From Lingula anatina (lineage: Eukaryota > Animalia > Brachiopoda), in assembly GCA_051362555.1 (NCBI GenBank), contig CM120641.1, positions 37,206,401 through 37,270,400 on the forward strand: DNA of 64,000 nt, given 5' to 3'. The position numbers were made by a program, and so were the translations under genes. Shown here piece by piece: positions 1 through 13,264 of the stretch; positions within the stretch are counted from its first letter, which is position 1; every line of letters starts with the position of its first letter. The notes beneath the pieces are model-generated. The model was not told where the DNA came from. It did no database searches and saw only the letters and a program-made list of their open reading frames with translations.

Positions 1-2401
1 TTTGTTTAATATGTCATCCATGAAAGGATTATTTTTGCATGTAGATAAATTAAAGTTTGCAGTTCCTTTTTTGAAATGCTTAGTAAACTGCATGTTCAGA
101 TCAAGTGCAGGGAATCTTTTCTTGGTTTTTGTACAGGATTGGAATTATTTTGTAAAGCAGTGTACAGAATAGATATGTTAATCATTACGGTTTCATCAGT
201 CGGAATAACCAGCTTCTAAACAAACTCTGATGATCGATGAATGGGATTTGGTTGTGTTGTAGTTGATAAGGGGAGTTTGTAGGAACTGGCATACTAAAAA
301 TCCTTTTTCATCCTCTCAAACCATTACTTATTGATCCATATGTAACATAGTAAGGGGGTTAAAGTCAGGCTTTTGTGAACTATGTGTAATACATTAGATC
401 ATATAATAGCTTATAACATAATGTATAAATTGTCTAATAAAAGAACTCATATTGTATTACAAGAGTTTCCTTGGCCTTGTCAATATCATCTTACACAACA
501 GTGATGTTTTGGGATATCTTTGACAATTAATGGAAAACCATATAAAACATAATGGGTCATCTTAACTGAGAGACTCCAGGATTATGGATGAATTATAATT
601 GAATGATTAGGAATCTTCCAGATGTCTTTGCAATATTTTACATGCAAAGTTTTATTTGTACTGAACCTTACAGTAACTGATTTTAAAATTTATATTATTT
701 TGCTTCTCAAAATTGCACTAACTGCTAGCAAAGTAACAATGAAAGCTTGTGAGCAATAAATTATTGCACTTCATAAATGTCAATAGTTATACAATTAGTG
801 TCATTTGCTGAAATAATGCTCTGAAGCTTAAAACCCACCAGGAACATTTTTCTTGGAGACCATTATCCTAATACAGACATATCATAAAATCTAAAATCAA
901 AGGTTAAATTGAAATCTACTAGCCCAACTGAAAAGTGTATCATTCTCACATACAGGTGATATGATCTAGACTTAATTGTTATTTAGGCATTGAAGTATTG
1001 TCTGTGTTCCTTGATAAGTGATATGGTAATCTACCTTACAGGTCTTCTCTTTATACTGTCTAAAAATAAGTTGACACCTTTACAGTACAATTGGTTGCAG
1101 GTATTAGGAATAGATGCAATTACAGCACATATTTATGTCACTGTACAAAGGAACGTATTGTTCTCATAATGCATAATTGCAATCAAGTTAATATCATGTT
1201 TAAGCTTAAAATTCAGACATGTAAATAGCTGATACATGAAAAAAATGCATGTTAAGCAAAACTTGAATCTGCCAGTGACTGCTTGGTGGATACATAATGC
1301 CCTGATACAAGGGCAGATTTTCCATAAAAATAGACTTACTATCAAAACTGCACACTGAGAAAATGAAAATATATACCATTATATCTTTTCTTTACATGTC
1401 ATATACTGTTTGACTGGACTAATATCAGCTGTGTTTTGGAGATAATATAGAAAAAAATCCTACTAGAATCTTGCCTTTTCTTAAAGTAAATGCCAATTTT
1501 AATCTGACTAACTGGCATGTGTTACGAGAACTAAATGTAATTTAAGTTGGCCTTTGTGCTTTAAATTTTGATTATTTGTAAACTTAATTTCCCTAAGGAA
1601 ATAAATTAAGTAGACAGGGCTTAACAAAAAGACCTGCAAGGTTTGAGATTAACGAGAACAGATTGGTTACCTAAAAATGTTGCACAGAAATATGTTAATT
1701 ACATATTATATGTTTTTAAAATATTCCCATACAATTTAGATGGATGCCAACTAAGGAACAAAATTATTGCAAGTTATTTGATAAAAAGTTTCATATCTAA
1801 AACATGTTAAGTTGATTACAATAATATAAAAAAAAATTCAAATTGAAATCAATTACATTTAAAAATAAATAACTGCCTAAACAAAAAGATTAAATAGCCC
1901 ATTTTAAAGCATTTGCTTTGATTTAAAAATTGAAAATTAATGTGAATTATGTATATGAGGTAAACCTTTCACCTGGGTCATAAAGCAAGCCCTGGTATAT
2001 GAACCTGATTCCTATACAATGAGACAAAAAGTCAATATATTAACAACAAGCAAAACATGTTCATCTCTTATACTAAAAAAGAAAGAAAGAAAGAAAAGGG
2101 AAGACATAATATCAATAAACTTAAGGAATGTGCCATAAATAATTGTGAGCACATCTGATTGCACAAAGTTCTTTTTTTTTTATATAAATAATTCAAAGCA
2201 ACCGGACTGATTAAAATGTAAACGTTGTAAGCACTTAAACAGTCATGTAAGTTGAAACATACACAATTAAACAATTATATCTGAGATCATGGCTACACTG
2301 CATTACAGTTTTATGTGGAAATATCTGTGTTACTTTTATATCTAAATGGTTTTTGTATAAAGGAATTCAAAATCCCAACTGAAGATTTCCCCAGCAGACA
2401 G

Positions 2402-5400
2402 TCATCTAGAAAATGACGATGGGAAAATGCCCATTGAAATGAAGTCATCCAGAACCTACAATGAAAAATATTATTATGTAAATAAATAAATTGCTGCATA
2501 AGCTATTGAAACATATATACTTGTACAGTAAAATATCTATTTACCAAGGGATTTTAAAAGCCATCTGGTTCTTAGGTAAGACAAACAATTTTTACAAGAA
2601 AAAATTCATATCATAAGCTGAAATTGGGGAACTGATTTTTGGGCCGACTTTGTAGGAAGTTCATCTCAGGTAAATATTCTGGAGAAAGACATTTTAATAT
2701 AATAACAAAGGAGTACACAATTATAGATTACCTCTTTAAGCAATGCAAAATTAACTTTCGGCTTCTCAAAAACAAATCCTGTAGCTTCAATCTTTAGGCC
2801 ATCTAAATAGGTGTTTTTATTTAGCAGGAGCTCCTGAAACATAAACCATTTTCATTTATTTGCATTGCATTCTGAAAGGGAAATCATAATTATAAGATAG
2901 ACATATACTTACAATTACTTTTGCAATGATGGTTTTGTTGTTAATCCAAAATAACTGATCTTTAACAACGGAAACCATAATGCTGTGGGGATCTGTTTAA
3001 TTATGTTCGAAGGTATATTTTATCAGTTACAGTTAAATAAATAGTTTTTCATTCTATTTTACCTGATCCATGTAAGGATTTAGAGGTGTGTTGACAATGC
3101 CTTCTTTTTGACAAGCCTGTCCCCATGGTGACATATGCTTGTCATTTATCTCCTCAATAACTTCACTGAAGTCCTCAGGCTGCAATCAAAAGAAATTTTG
3201 CACTGAAACATACTTACCTATTTGTTCATAAATTTCTATTTGCCTATATATATATATACATAGGCTATTATTCACTCACTTTTAAAATTTCTTGAATTTT
3301 CTCTTCCATGTTATGATCTCTACTTTATTCCCCATCTTATGCAATACTTTTACAAATTTAACACATTACCTTGACTAAGTTCATGAGGGTGTTGCCAACA
3401 AAATCATACTTGATCCCAAATACCTGTGATACCAATTCACTAATCAACCCTTGGGCTAAAATAAATGTTGTTACTCAATTTACCTTAGAAAGTTTTAAAT
3501 AAGAAAAAACAATTCTTTTTTCCTAAAAGCAATAACTTATTTCTTTTTTTTTTTCAGAATGACAAATGAATCAAGATACAATTGTATAAAAAATTTTCAA
3601 ATCAATACGATGTAAAAGATATACCAAAAAGCCAGCCTTATGCTGCATAAAAGTGTCATTTAAACATTTAATTCCACCTTAAATTTTTATTCCACATATT
3701 TTTAGATATCAAAATCATGAGAAATATGTTACTCACTTGTATCTCCTTTATCAACAATATTGTACACCTCACCAGTTTTACCGTGGGAAAGAAGGTGCCA
3801 AATTGCCCTACACAAATCATCCACATGAACTGTATTCATCTTCAGATCTTTACCCCAAAGAAGCTTTTAAAAAAAGATATAATGTTCTTCACTTCAATGA
3901 AATATTCAAAAACAGGGCAATGTAAAACTTTTTAAAATGGTTCCAAAGTAAACCTGACAAATGCTGGTGTAATAAAATAAATAAGCCTATTTGCTTTACA
4001 ATTCAGTTTAGATACAATTTAATATAATGAAATTATTCAATTCTATTTTTATAAACCAACTTTTACACAAAAAATTTTTAACAAATTTAACTAACCCACT
4101 CAAACAACTACTCACTTTCATTTTCTCTCCAAGAAATTTGTAAACAGCACCAATCACTAACCTTGGGGCTGGAAAATAATTGTGTCATTCTTAGTATTTT
4201 AAACAAAATGTTTGTATTCGAGCACTTGAATTCATCAATTAATCTACTTTTCTTTATTACTGCTATTTCACATCTCAATGCTACAGTTTTATAACAACTG
4301 CATAACTCATTAGTCATACTGAATATTTCTAATTTGATAACATTACTGTCCAAATTGGAATGCATTCACAGTGGCTACTCAGGGGCGGATCCAGAGATAT
4401 TTTCTGACAGTCTTCCAAATTATCTTTGTTAATCCATCCTCCATTTCTGACCGTCTTCCAACAGAAAAAATAAGATGCCTGTTAATGTAAACTTGAAAAT
4501 CTGACCGTCTTCCGGAAAACCCAGAAGACGGCCTCAATCCGCCCCTGCTACTCACTTAACCCTGTTCTGTCTCCTTTTCCATAAACTATGGCAGGCCGCA
4601 CACATATATAGTCTAAATTTGGAATGGTTGTCAATTTTTCTTCTACCCTTAGTTTGTGTTTTGCAATTTTGGTCCATGGATCACAGTCGTCACTTTCTTT
4701 CATTGGTTTCTAAAATTGTATAAAACATACTTTGCTGACTAGTAAAAACTGTAAAAAACTAGTAACACACTTAAGTATCATGTTTGATGCTTTCATCTTA
4801 TGATGACCCAATACACCTTAGCCATCTAACAGGATCCAATCTCAATTTGAAAAAATTGTCTATTTGAAACTGTAAAGATAAAATAACCCTAGATTTTAAC
4901 TTGATCCATATTTTCTCTAACTTAAAAACTACAGTTAATTATTGGGATAATCTCGTGGGAAGAATCAAATGCCCAACAGTAAAAGCACAAGTCTTGTCAA
5001 AATCAAAGAAAACCAAGTATCATTAAGAAAGTCAACAGTTTTGATACTAATACCTTATTTGTAGAAGCCATTTGCCCACTGGAAAGTTCTATATATCTCT
5101 TGACCCCATGTTTAGCTGCTACCTGGGCACAGGTTGTACTCAGTAATGTTACACCTTCTTCGTATACCTTAAGTACAAAATATCTGCATCAATTATTAGC
5201 ACAAAATGTATGTTGTATATTACAATTCATTTATAAATAATATACAATGCACGTAACAACCCCCATGCAGCACCAGCATATAGATCTAATGCATTTTGAA
5301 TCCCCTTCATTGTTCATTGTCTTTTTCTAATATCACATGCTGTTAACATAGCTCAATCTTAAAATTAAATTTATAACACTGCTTACTATGTCTTCCAAAC

Positions 5401-7482
5401 CATGTTTTGTCTCTGCAGCACAGTTTATAACAAAATCAAATGATCCATCCTCTGTCTGGAATGCTGAGTCAACTGAATCTGTAGTAAACAGTAATGCATC
5501 GAGTCCATTCTACAACTTTGTTACTCTTTAGTCTACTTCCTAGACATCTAAATAATATAATTCTCTACATGATCATTTACATTATCAACTTGCAACCTTT
5601 TTTTTTTTTTTTGAGAAAGTGTATCAAAGTAGCCATTTAAATATTAATAACACTATATTACACTACAAAAACACTAATAACAATGAAGCAATCATTGTTA
5701 CCTGGCTTGTAAAATATCATGCTTATAATTTAATATATTTAATTTAAACTTTAATTAGTTAAATTTAAATTAATTTAATTTAATTTTAACTTTGATAGCA
5801 TCAGTAAATAACAAAAACTTACCTGAATTCATTAGGTTGCCATGTCTGAATTCCACCTTACTAAATGACTCCTGAAACAAAATGTAAAGCACAGATCATA
5901 AGTTTCACATTGAGAAATAAACTAACTGATAAGAGCAAGATTACAATTTGATACAGTTCTCCCAACCTCTGATTTTTCACTCATCATAGAGCAATTTTGG
6001 TCATCTGATAATCAATGCATTTTCCTCTATTTTGGGCTAACTTAGTTCATTCTGATATGAATAGACATTATTATAACATTGTTTGCCTGCATGTGCCAAA
6101 GCTAATTCAGGACACCTGTTACAGGCGATGGCTACCGTATACCAAACACTCAAATGCTTTATATCACAGTCAGGGGTGGATTTAGGCCGTCTTCTGGGTC
6201 TTCCGGAAGATGGTCAGATTTTCAAGTTTACATGACTGGTATTTAATTTTTTCTGTTGGAAGACGGTCACAATTGGAGGATGAATCAACAAAGATAATTT
6301 GGAAGACTGTCAGTAAATAGCTCTGCATCCGCCCCTGCGTGACAGGATATATTAAAATAATTTGCAAAACACATTTTATATTGACATTAGCTGACACTTT
6401 TTCAATGAAGAAAAAGGATGTATATTTCAATACATGGAGTACTTACTTGATGCTCCTTATTAAGGTATCCCATTACTGGCAAAATCTTATCTACAACTCG
6501 TACCTGTAAGATATGATGGTAAAAAAAAAACACATTTTGGACCAGTGTCATGACTCATATCATATCAGTGATCTCTAAGAACCTGTTATCAGTCCACTAA
6601 AGTACATAGAGATTTTTGAATTTTAGATATGCAATTTGTTTCTCGGGTGTGCATAGAGTATAAAGTGACTATGGTAGAATATATTATTTTGATCAATACA
6701 ACCTGATGCACTAGCTATAAACAGACTACCTGCCATGTTCACTGCAATCAATAAGAACTTTGGGCTTGCATGCAAAAATAAGTTTATAAGTTGGTATATT
6801 ATTTTGAAAATGTAACAATGGTTTTAAGAGTAATTTGGAGTATGTCTATTCAATTAATGTTTATAATACTTTAAAAGGAAGAGATAGTACCCTTAATACC
6901 ATGCAGGGAGATAAAATGGTTTACCTTCTTAGCAAGTCCATTGCTAACTATGTAATGTACAAGATTTCTGCCAATAAATCCTACGCCTAAAATAAATATA
7001 CTTCTTTTCATTAAAAATATAAAAATTGAGATTTAATTAATTAATCATTCAATCCTTTTTCTAATTTAATATCATATATATGCATTTTATTATACATATA
7101 AAATATTCATGTATATAAACTTTCCATTTAGGGCAGTTTTCTTTACTGACACTTCATAAAAAAATTGGAAATATATAATTATATTCAGATAATGCTGTGC
7201 TGATATACAAGTTATTTGGCTATTTTGACTTTTTAAATTAAAATATAAACAACAGTGTTACATAATTTAATTAACTGATATCTGTGATAAAACTTAAAAA
7301 TTGTGGTGCTTGGACAAATAATACTTCAATCAGATTTTTTTTTGTGGATCAATTACAGAAACCGTCAATTTTTACATTACTAAAAATCAGAACTATCACA
7401 CAATGTGTCACAGCCCACAGGCGATCTGAGGTCACGAATACATACCACCGAGTACTAAGACCTGAGCACCACTGTCAGCCAT
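2402..7482 (-). CDS. NAD-dependent epimerase/dehydratase (extended SDR) family protein, ~367 aa, 13 coding exons
   Basis: Exons (minus): 7482-7446, 6986-6925, 6503-6447, 5871-5823, 5478-5387, 5167-5054, 4709-4556, 4168-4116, 3863-3737, 3455-3370, 3179-3063, 2833-2732, 2455-2402. All are GT-AG with consistent phases, 1104 nt total. Translation begins MADSGAQVLVLGGVGFIGRNLV (Rossmann GGxGxxG) and includes VRVVDK, FDFVINCAAET, VRPAIVYG, NTVHVDDLCRA and GEVYNI, typical extended-SDR motifs. It ends IFPSSFSR-TGA. Confidence 0.9.
4380..4547. mobile_element. MITE / non-autonomous DNA transposon, copy A (168 bp)
   Basis: Terminal inverted repeats CAGGGGCGGAT...ATCCGCCCCTG; three internal CTGAC(A/C)GTCTTCC repeats; flanking 5-bp direct repeat CTACT; a related inverted copy lies at 6171-6337. 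Confidence 0.85.
6171..6337. mobile_element. MITE copy B (167 bp), inverted relative to copy A
   Basis: Ends CAGGGGTGGAT...ATCCGCCCCTG. The reverse complement aligns end to end with 4380-4547 (e.g. GGAAGACTGTCAG, GGAAGACGGTCA, TTTTCAAGTTTACAT). No clear target-site duplication. Confidence 0.85.
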
Positions 7483-7599
7483 CCTTTTGTTCACTCTATA
7501 TGTATTTACTAACTTCCGGGTGGGGCCGAATTTCCGGTGAATCTTGCTTCAGTTATTCATCATTATGTCTGACTTATCAATTTAGTAAAAAAAAAAAAA

Positions 7600-7631
<32 letters not shown>

Positions 7632-8151
7632 ATCATGTTATGTGATAAATTTGTTAATTGGCGTTTTTGTTTGATGGATACAAGCAAACAGTTGAAGCCA
7701 CTGTGATAGTTTATCCCTAGCTAATTTAATGAGTTTAGGAAAGGTGTTCTAAAAAACTGGGTTCATAATAAAGAGTTGTCTTTTGCCCTTATCAAAATAA
7801 CCGAGAAAGCTATTGGTGTCATATTTAAAGGTATAACCGGTTGACGTGCACAGTCAAGTTTATGTAAACACAAAAAATAATAGAAAGAACTAGTCTAGTT
7901 CTCTTTCAAGGCGCCCCCCTGAATCAGCTGAGCTAAAAATAAAAACAAGGGATCAACCTTTATGACGTCAGTCGTGCCTCAGTTTCATGAAAGTATTAAA
8001 CCAATCCCCTTGCGTAGTTTGAGTCATATGACAACACATAGAAGAGGATCAGTTTCGTCAACTAAAACAATTAGGGACAAAGCCTTTTGCAGTCTTTTAA
8101 CGTTTAGATATTATTTAATGGTGCTTTGAAACATCCGTATTGCCGTTACTG
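7483..8151. promoter_or_regulatory. Divergent promoter region between the epimerase-like gene and ZFAND, including a probable non-coding ZFAND exon 1 (~8050-8151)
   Basis: CpG-retaining island. ETS-type ACTTCCGG 7512, GTAAACA 7864, MEF2-like CTAAAAATAA 7933, CRE TGACGTCA 7963, CCAAT 8001, AP-1 TGAGTCA 8020, Inr-like TCAGTT 8049, strong donor G|GTAAGT at 8151/8152. These are motif matches only. Confidence 0.6.
7587..7631. repeat. Compound microsatellite (A)n(TA)n(TG)n
   Basis: Read directly from the sequence. Confidence 0.9.
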
Positions 8152-9015
8152 GTAAGTGTTTTAGATGTTAATTTTTCTTCAGCTCTTTGAGGAGCATATT
8201 AAGAAAGGAAAACTCAAATTTCCTGAATCATTCTTGCTTTCGCCATCTTGACAACGAATCTCCTTTTTGATATTTCAACGCTTCAAATCTACCAGATGTG
8301 TTGTTAATGTACTATTCTTTATCGAATATAGGTGGTTTTATGAAATATTTTGGGAAAATTTACTAAGAATCTGCTTTATAAAATGTAGATTAAATACACA
8401 AAGTGTGTAATGCCATCCACTACGTAAAGGGAGTGGATTCACAAATTTAAAGGTCCACATCAGCTGATCGTGTTAAAAGTTACCGTGCCAGTTTTTGCAG
8501 ATAGCTTTTAAGAATAATAGTTCACTTTTCCCAAAAAGAAACTGTCCTGTATTCTTTTGATTTGATTTTACCTGTCCAGATATTTTTATGTTATAAGTAA
8601 TATAACAGGTATTAGTGTATAGGATGTCCTGATTGTGATATAATTGTTTTATATTATCTAAAAAAAAACTTGTAAAAATTATAAAACCTGTACAAGGTAA
8701 TCCACTGTATTGTTATATTATACTTGTTACTGTATATATCATTACTTAGTTAACGTTTTATGGACAAAGGAAATATAGCTGATGACTCACTCATTGACCT
8801 TGCCAAATTTGTGTTTACCTTGAAAGACAGTCCCTCTGTAGTTTGTATTGATTTGAGTTGCAAATTGCAATGAAAGATTTTCTCCCAGTACAAATAGACT
8901 ACTGAATCCCAGTGAAAACCAGTTCCTCCTTTGTAAAGAAATATTGATAAAAAGCACAAAGGTAAATACAGATTAACTTAAAATAATATTTCATGTTTTC
9001 AGGACATAGTATAGA

Positions 9016-11562
9016 ATGGAACAAAACGACAATCAGAATTTACCTCCATCTGCATTATGTCGCAATGGATGTGGATTTTATGGAAATGCCTCCTTTGATG
9101 GCATGTGTTCAAAATGTTTTAAAGATGCCCTTAAAAGAAAGCAAAATACATCTGGAGCAGGGGGCAGAATGAGTCCAACTACATGTAAGTTTTATTTATT
9201 GATATTAATTTATTTATTTTTAGAAAACATCAATTGAGGTATTTTTCTGAATGGTTTTGTTTATGACATGATTCTACCTAGTATTTCACCAGAATTCAAC
9301 TATAACTCCTTACATATCCATCTATGCAAGAATTGTATTTGACCTTATGATATTCAGTTGCAAAACACTGGATATGGACTGTAGATAGACTAATCTGAAA
9401 CTAGATCAGGGAATGCAGATAATTTTCAGTTTGGATGCATATGAAATAAACATTTTGTGCATATGATAAGCATAGCTTAAATAATAAGATAAATAACCTC
9501 AGATGTTTGATCTGTCTAGCTACCACCACTGATGTCCCCTCAATGGCAGGAACAGTTGTGTCTACTTCCACTAGTGTTGAAACAGCCAGCCCCACTGTGC
9601 CTTCTCCAATTCAACAGGAGAAAGGAGAAGAAAAAGAAGAGGGTGCTACAGGTAAATATCATTGCAAGTTTGATTTTTATGTTATGTATTAACTGTAGTA
9701 ATTAAAAGTAATATTTGCCATTCATGTCAGAAGTGAGCATTTCTAACAAATAATTTATAATATAGGTTTAAAAAAACCCCGTCTGTAGGCTGATATTTAT
9801 TCAGTAAGTAAAAAGGGTAATAAAGGTACTAGACTGGGGATAACAAAACATAATTTTTAAGCCAGGCATGCCACATGTAGGAGTACTTTCATGTTGAGTT
9901 TGTGCTTAGTTTTAAGACAGAAGTATCATTACACAATGCAAGATCATAGTCTATGCAGTAAGAAGGGCCTGAGCATGCATCTGTGGGATATGAAAATGCA
10001 TGAATTGCAAAGATAATTTGACAATGTTTGTGGGAATCCATATGATTACTTGAATATAGAATGGTGCTCTATATGTACTTCAGAAGTGATAAGGAAATGT
10101 GGCCATGTATATTGTCTCCATCCTGTAGAAGTCAGGTTTATTACATGATTGTCAGTTGGGGGTGTTAAGATAAGATAGATTGATCTTCAAACCCCTTCAT
10201 GATCACCCCCAGATAGAAATCTTTGACCCAGACCTGGATAAATAGTAGTAAATTGGACTATTCAGAATGAATATAGGCTTAAAATACATTCATGCCTCAA
10301 GTAGGAAAATGTACAATATGGCTCTCAATGTGTCTTGGATAGTTTCACTCCAAATGATGGGGTCGCCTTATGGTCATTTTTAACTAGGTGTCACTGCATC
10401 TCATCTAGTCCTTGGAAAAGCCTTACTGTGATGGTCAGCTGCCAACTGTAGACACACCTTGACATATTACTTACCTGGCAGATATTCATGAACTTCAATT
10501 CACTGTGTTATTTAAGAAAATTGTCCTCCTTTTATCTTAGATGTATGATACAGAATGACAAAATAAAACTGTCGACTTTGATGTATATTTATCTCTTTCC
10601 GTATGCCTGGATGCGACAGCAACAAAGGCAACAGTAATTGATAATTGCATGAGCATAATTATTATTATACTGGTCCCTTGTTGTGGACGCATAATTTCAG
10701 GAACATGATAGAGGTGTAGGTAAATCAATAGATGTATATAAACTGTATTGAACACATCCAGACTGGGCTCAGGCTTGCACTTGGAATGTGTACCAAATTA
10801 AAAAGAAGAAATACTCTGATTCAAGAAAATGAAAAATGGGTGCCTGTTTTGCCCATTTATCATTGTTGTGGTTGACAAAAACTTATGTTATAATGACCTC
10901 AGCCATGCAGTTTATACTAGTTTGCATTGTCCTGTAAATTTTTTCTTAAATTTGTTTGTCTCTGTAGGAGGAATTGATACCGCCAAGGTTCAGGTGGATG
11001 ATGATGCTAGTAGTATGTCAGGAGAAAGTTCCTCAGATAAAGACAAGACTCCCAAGAAGAAAAACCGATGCTTTACTTGCAAGAAGAAAGTAGGATTAAC
11101 AGGTTTGTAATGCTGAGAGAGAAGGGGGGATTTGATCATCTTTTAAATTTATATTTCTGTATAGTATTTGTGGTGCTTTTGTTACAAAAAATTCATAGAA
11201 TTTAGGGTAGCCTACTTTTCAATTTTGTTGCTACCACTCAATAATTATGTTCTAATCTCAAGCAGTTATTCCTTAAAAATTCACAGTTCCCCTCATTGAA
11301 AAGATGGAGTCATTACCGTACTAATATGGCTTTGACATTTGGAATATATAGAATGTTATTGATTTACTGTTGTTGTTTTAATAGTAATGAATCAACTCTT
11401 GATTACTTGGCAGGTTTTGAATGCAGATGTGGTGGACTTTTCTGTGGCTTACATCGTTACTCAGACAAGCACGACTGTACTTTTAATTACAAGGAGCACG
11501 CTCAAGTGCAACTTCGAAAACTTAATCCAGTAATTGTTGGTGAAAAAATCCAGAAGATTTGA
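9016..11562 (+). CDS. ZFAND5: A20- and AN1-type zinc finger protein (ZFAND5/ZFAND6-like), ~194 aa, 4 coding exons
   Basis: Exons 9016-9184, 9520-9651, 10968-11102, 11414-11562 (585 nt, all phase 1). N-terminal A20 finger [21 protein letters not shown]; C-terminal AN1 finger [34 protein letters not shown] ending [17 protein letters not shown]5 versus ZFAND6 cannot be resolved by eye and it is probably a co-ortholog. Confidence 0.95.
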
Positions 11563-13264
11563 AGACATAGTTATCTAATGGAAGGGGGGAGGGTATCACA
11601 AATTTTGCCCAATACAAATAATTGTTGTTGGGTTGAAAGGGGTAGGATAATTGGGGATATATCATATTTGGGATGGGGGTCATTATCATTTCATAATTCA
11701 TCCAGATGGAAATTTACTATTTAAAAAATACCAGATGTGTTAAATGGAATCCTCTTCCATAGACAATTCACAAACACACCATTATCTGTCCATCTGTTTC
11801 ACCCATTCCTCATTGAGTGTATGATGATATATTTTAAAGTGGTCTGTTCCAGTTTGGCCAGCTGGATGCCCAGTTTTGTGTATTATGAAACCAGTAGCTT
11901 TTTAGCAAGTGGATTTATATTATCTAGAGGGAATAGATCACTTTGTTGACTGAGAGGTAGCATAATTTTCATTTCATGATGGCTTATTCAAGTTCATATT
12001 CATTATACCCTTTAAGAAATATTTACAAGTAGAAACTATTTTAATCCATGTATCTGTTATATTGCAAATCAGCATTTGTTTTTGTGCTGCTTTTGGAAAT
12101 TTTAAATGTGCTTTTGAGTAATCATGGCTGTTTGTCGATAACACAGTAAAATCTTTTGCTTAGTTGTAAGTTACCCCCAGTTAATTCATTGATACATTTA
12201 ATTTATACATTTTCATAAATACAGCCATTGTTCATTATGTACCTTTAGACTAGTTTTAAAATCTCTCTAACCTTCCTTTGTGGTGTGGGCTGTTTACAGG
12301 TTTTCATTTTGATCACATGCTTCTTGGTAGATATGATGGACTTGATGCAATTATTTGAGGAAATTTGAATGAATGTATTGTACTCCTTTGTCAAAATCTC
12401 ACGGATGTTGTGTAGCCGTGAAAAGGTTTTTCTTTGCACGTAGAGAGTTATTGGGATGGTTTTAAGTAAGAAATAGAAATAGGCCACAGTACTGCATTGC
12501 TTTAGTTAAATTATGCAGTGCCAGTTAATGAAAACATTTAATTTATCAGACAGTAGTAGATTTAATATATGTGACTCCATTTACTAGTATGGCTGTTTAT
12601 TTTTGTGTCCTGTAAAGACTCCAAGTTGATTATGATAATTATGCACATTGTCTAATGGCCATGTTTAAGTATTCACAACTCATGTATGCCTGTTTTACTT
12701 TCCCATTTTGCCAATTAAATTAGCCTAATATATGAACCAAAATTATTGTGTTGTTGTGATTTACTGGAAGACATACTATTCAAAATCGTTTTGAAAAAAC
12801 TAAAATCTAAATGTTCGATTTTATTATAGCAAATTAGAAAAGATTATTTGAATTCAATACACAATTTATACATTTTATTGATCAAGCGGATTTTCTAATT
12901 GTTGGCCAGATCTGGAATACGACCTTTTTAAATAGATGCAATACTGTAAATGAAATATATTTCTTTTCAGCAGATACAAGTTTTATTTATTAATTTCTTT
13001 TTTACAAAGCCTTTATACAAAATATACAAGGTACACATTTCATGGTGAAATTGTTTAAAAAAACATTTTTAAGGTAAACCAGTGTTTTTTACAACTATTC
13101 TGCAATTGTTTTCACCACAGATTTCACCTGAAAATTATAAAATCACCTGGATTTGTTTCTCGATGAAAACAAAATCTTTGCCTTTTTGATCATTTTTTCC
13201 AGGAATGTGATGACTGCAATTTCAACCAATTTTTTCTTTTCTCCTAACTTAATGATTTTCAATA

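Noticed and set aside
1-2400. Short ORFs at 1133-2499
   Set aside because: No motifs or consistent exon chain. The region looks like AT-rich 3' UTR or intergenic DNA.
2339-2404. Possible stop-codon readthrough (TGA-CTG) in the epimerase gene adding ~21 aa
   Set aside because: Not the full UGA-CUAG context, and the extension has no recognisable targeting signal.
10468-10493. TACTTACCTGGCAG, matching the 5' end of U1 snRNA
   Set aside because: Similarity ends after ~14-25 nt with no U1 stem-loops or Sm site. It is equally explained as the reverse complement of a donor consensus.
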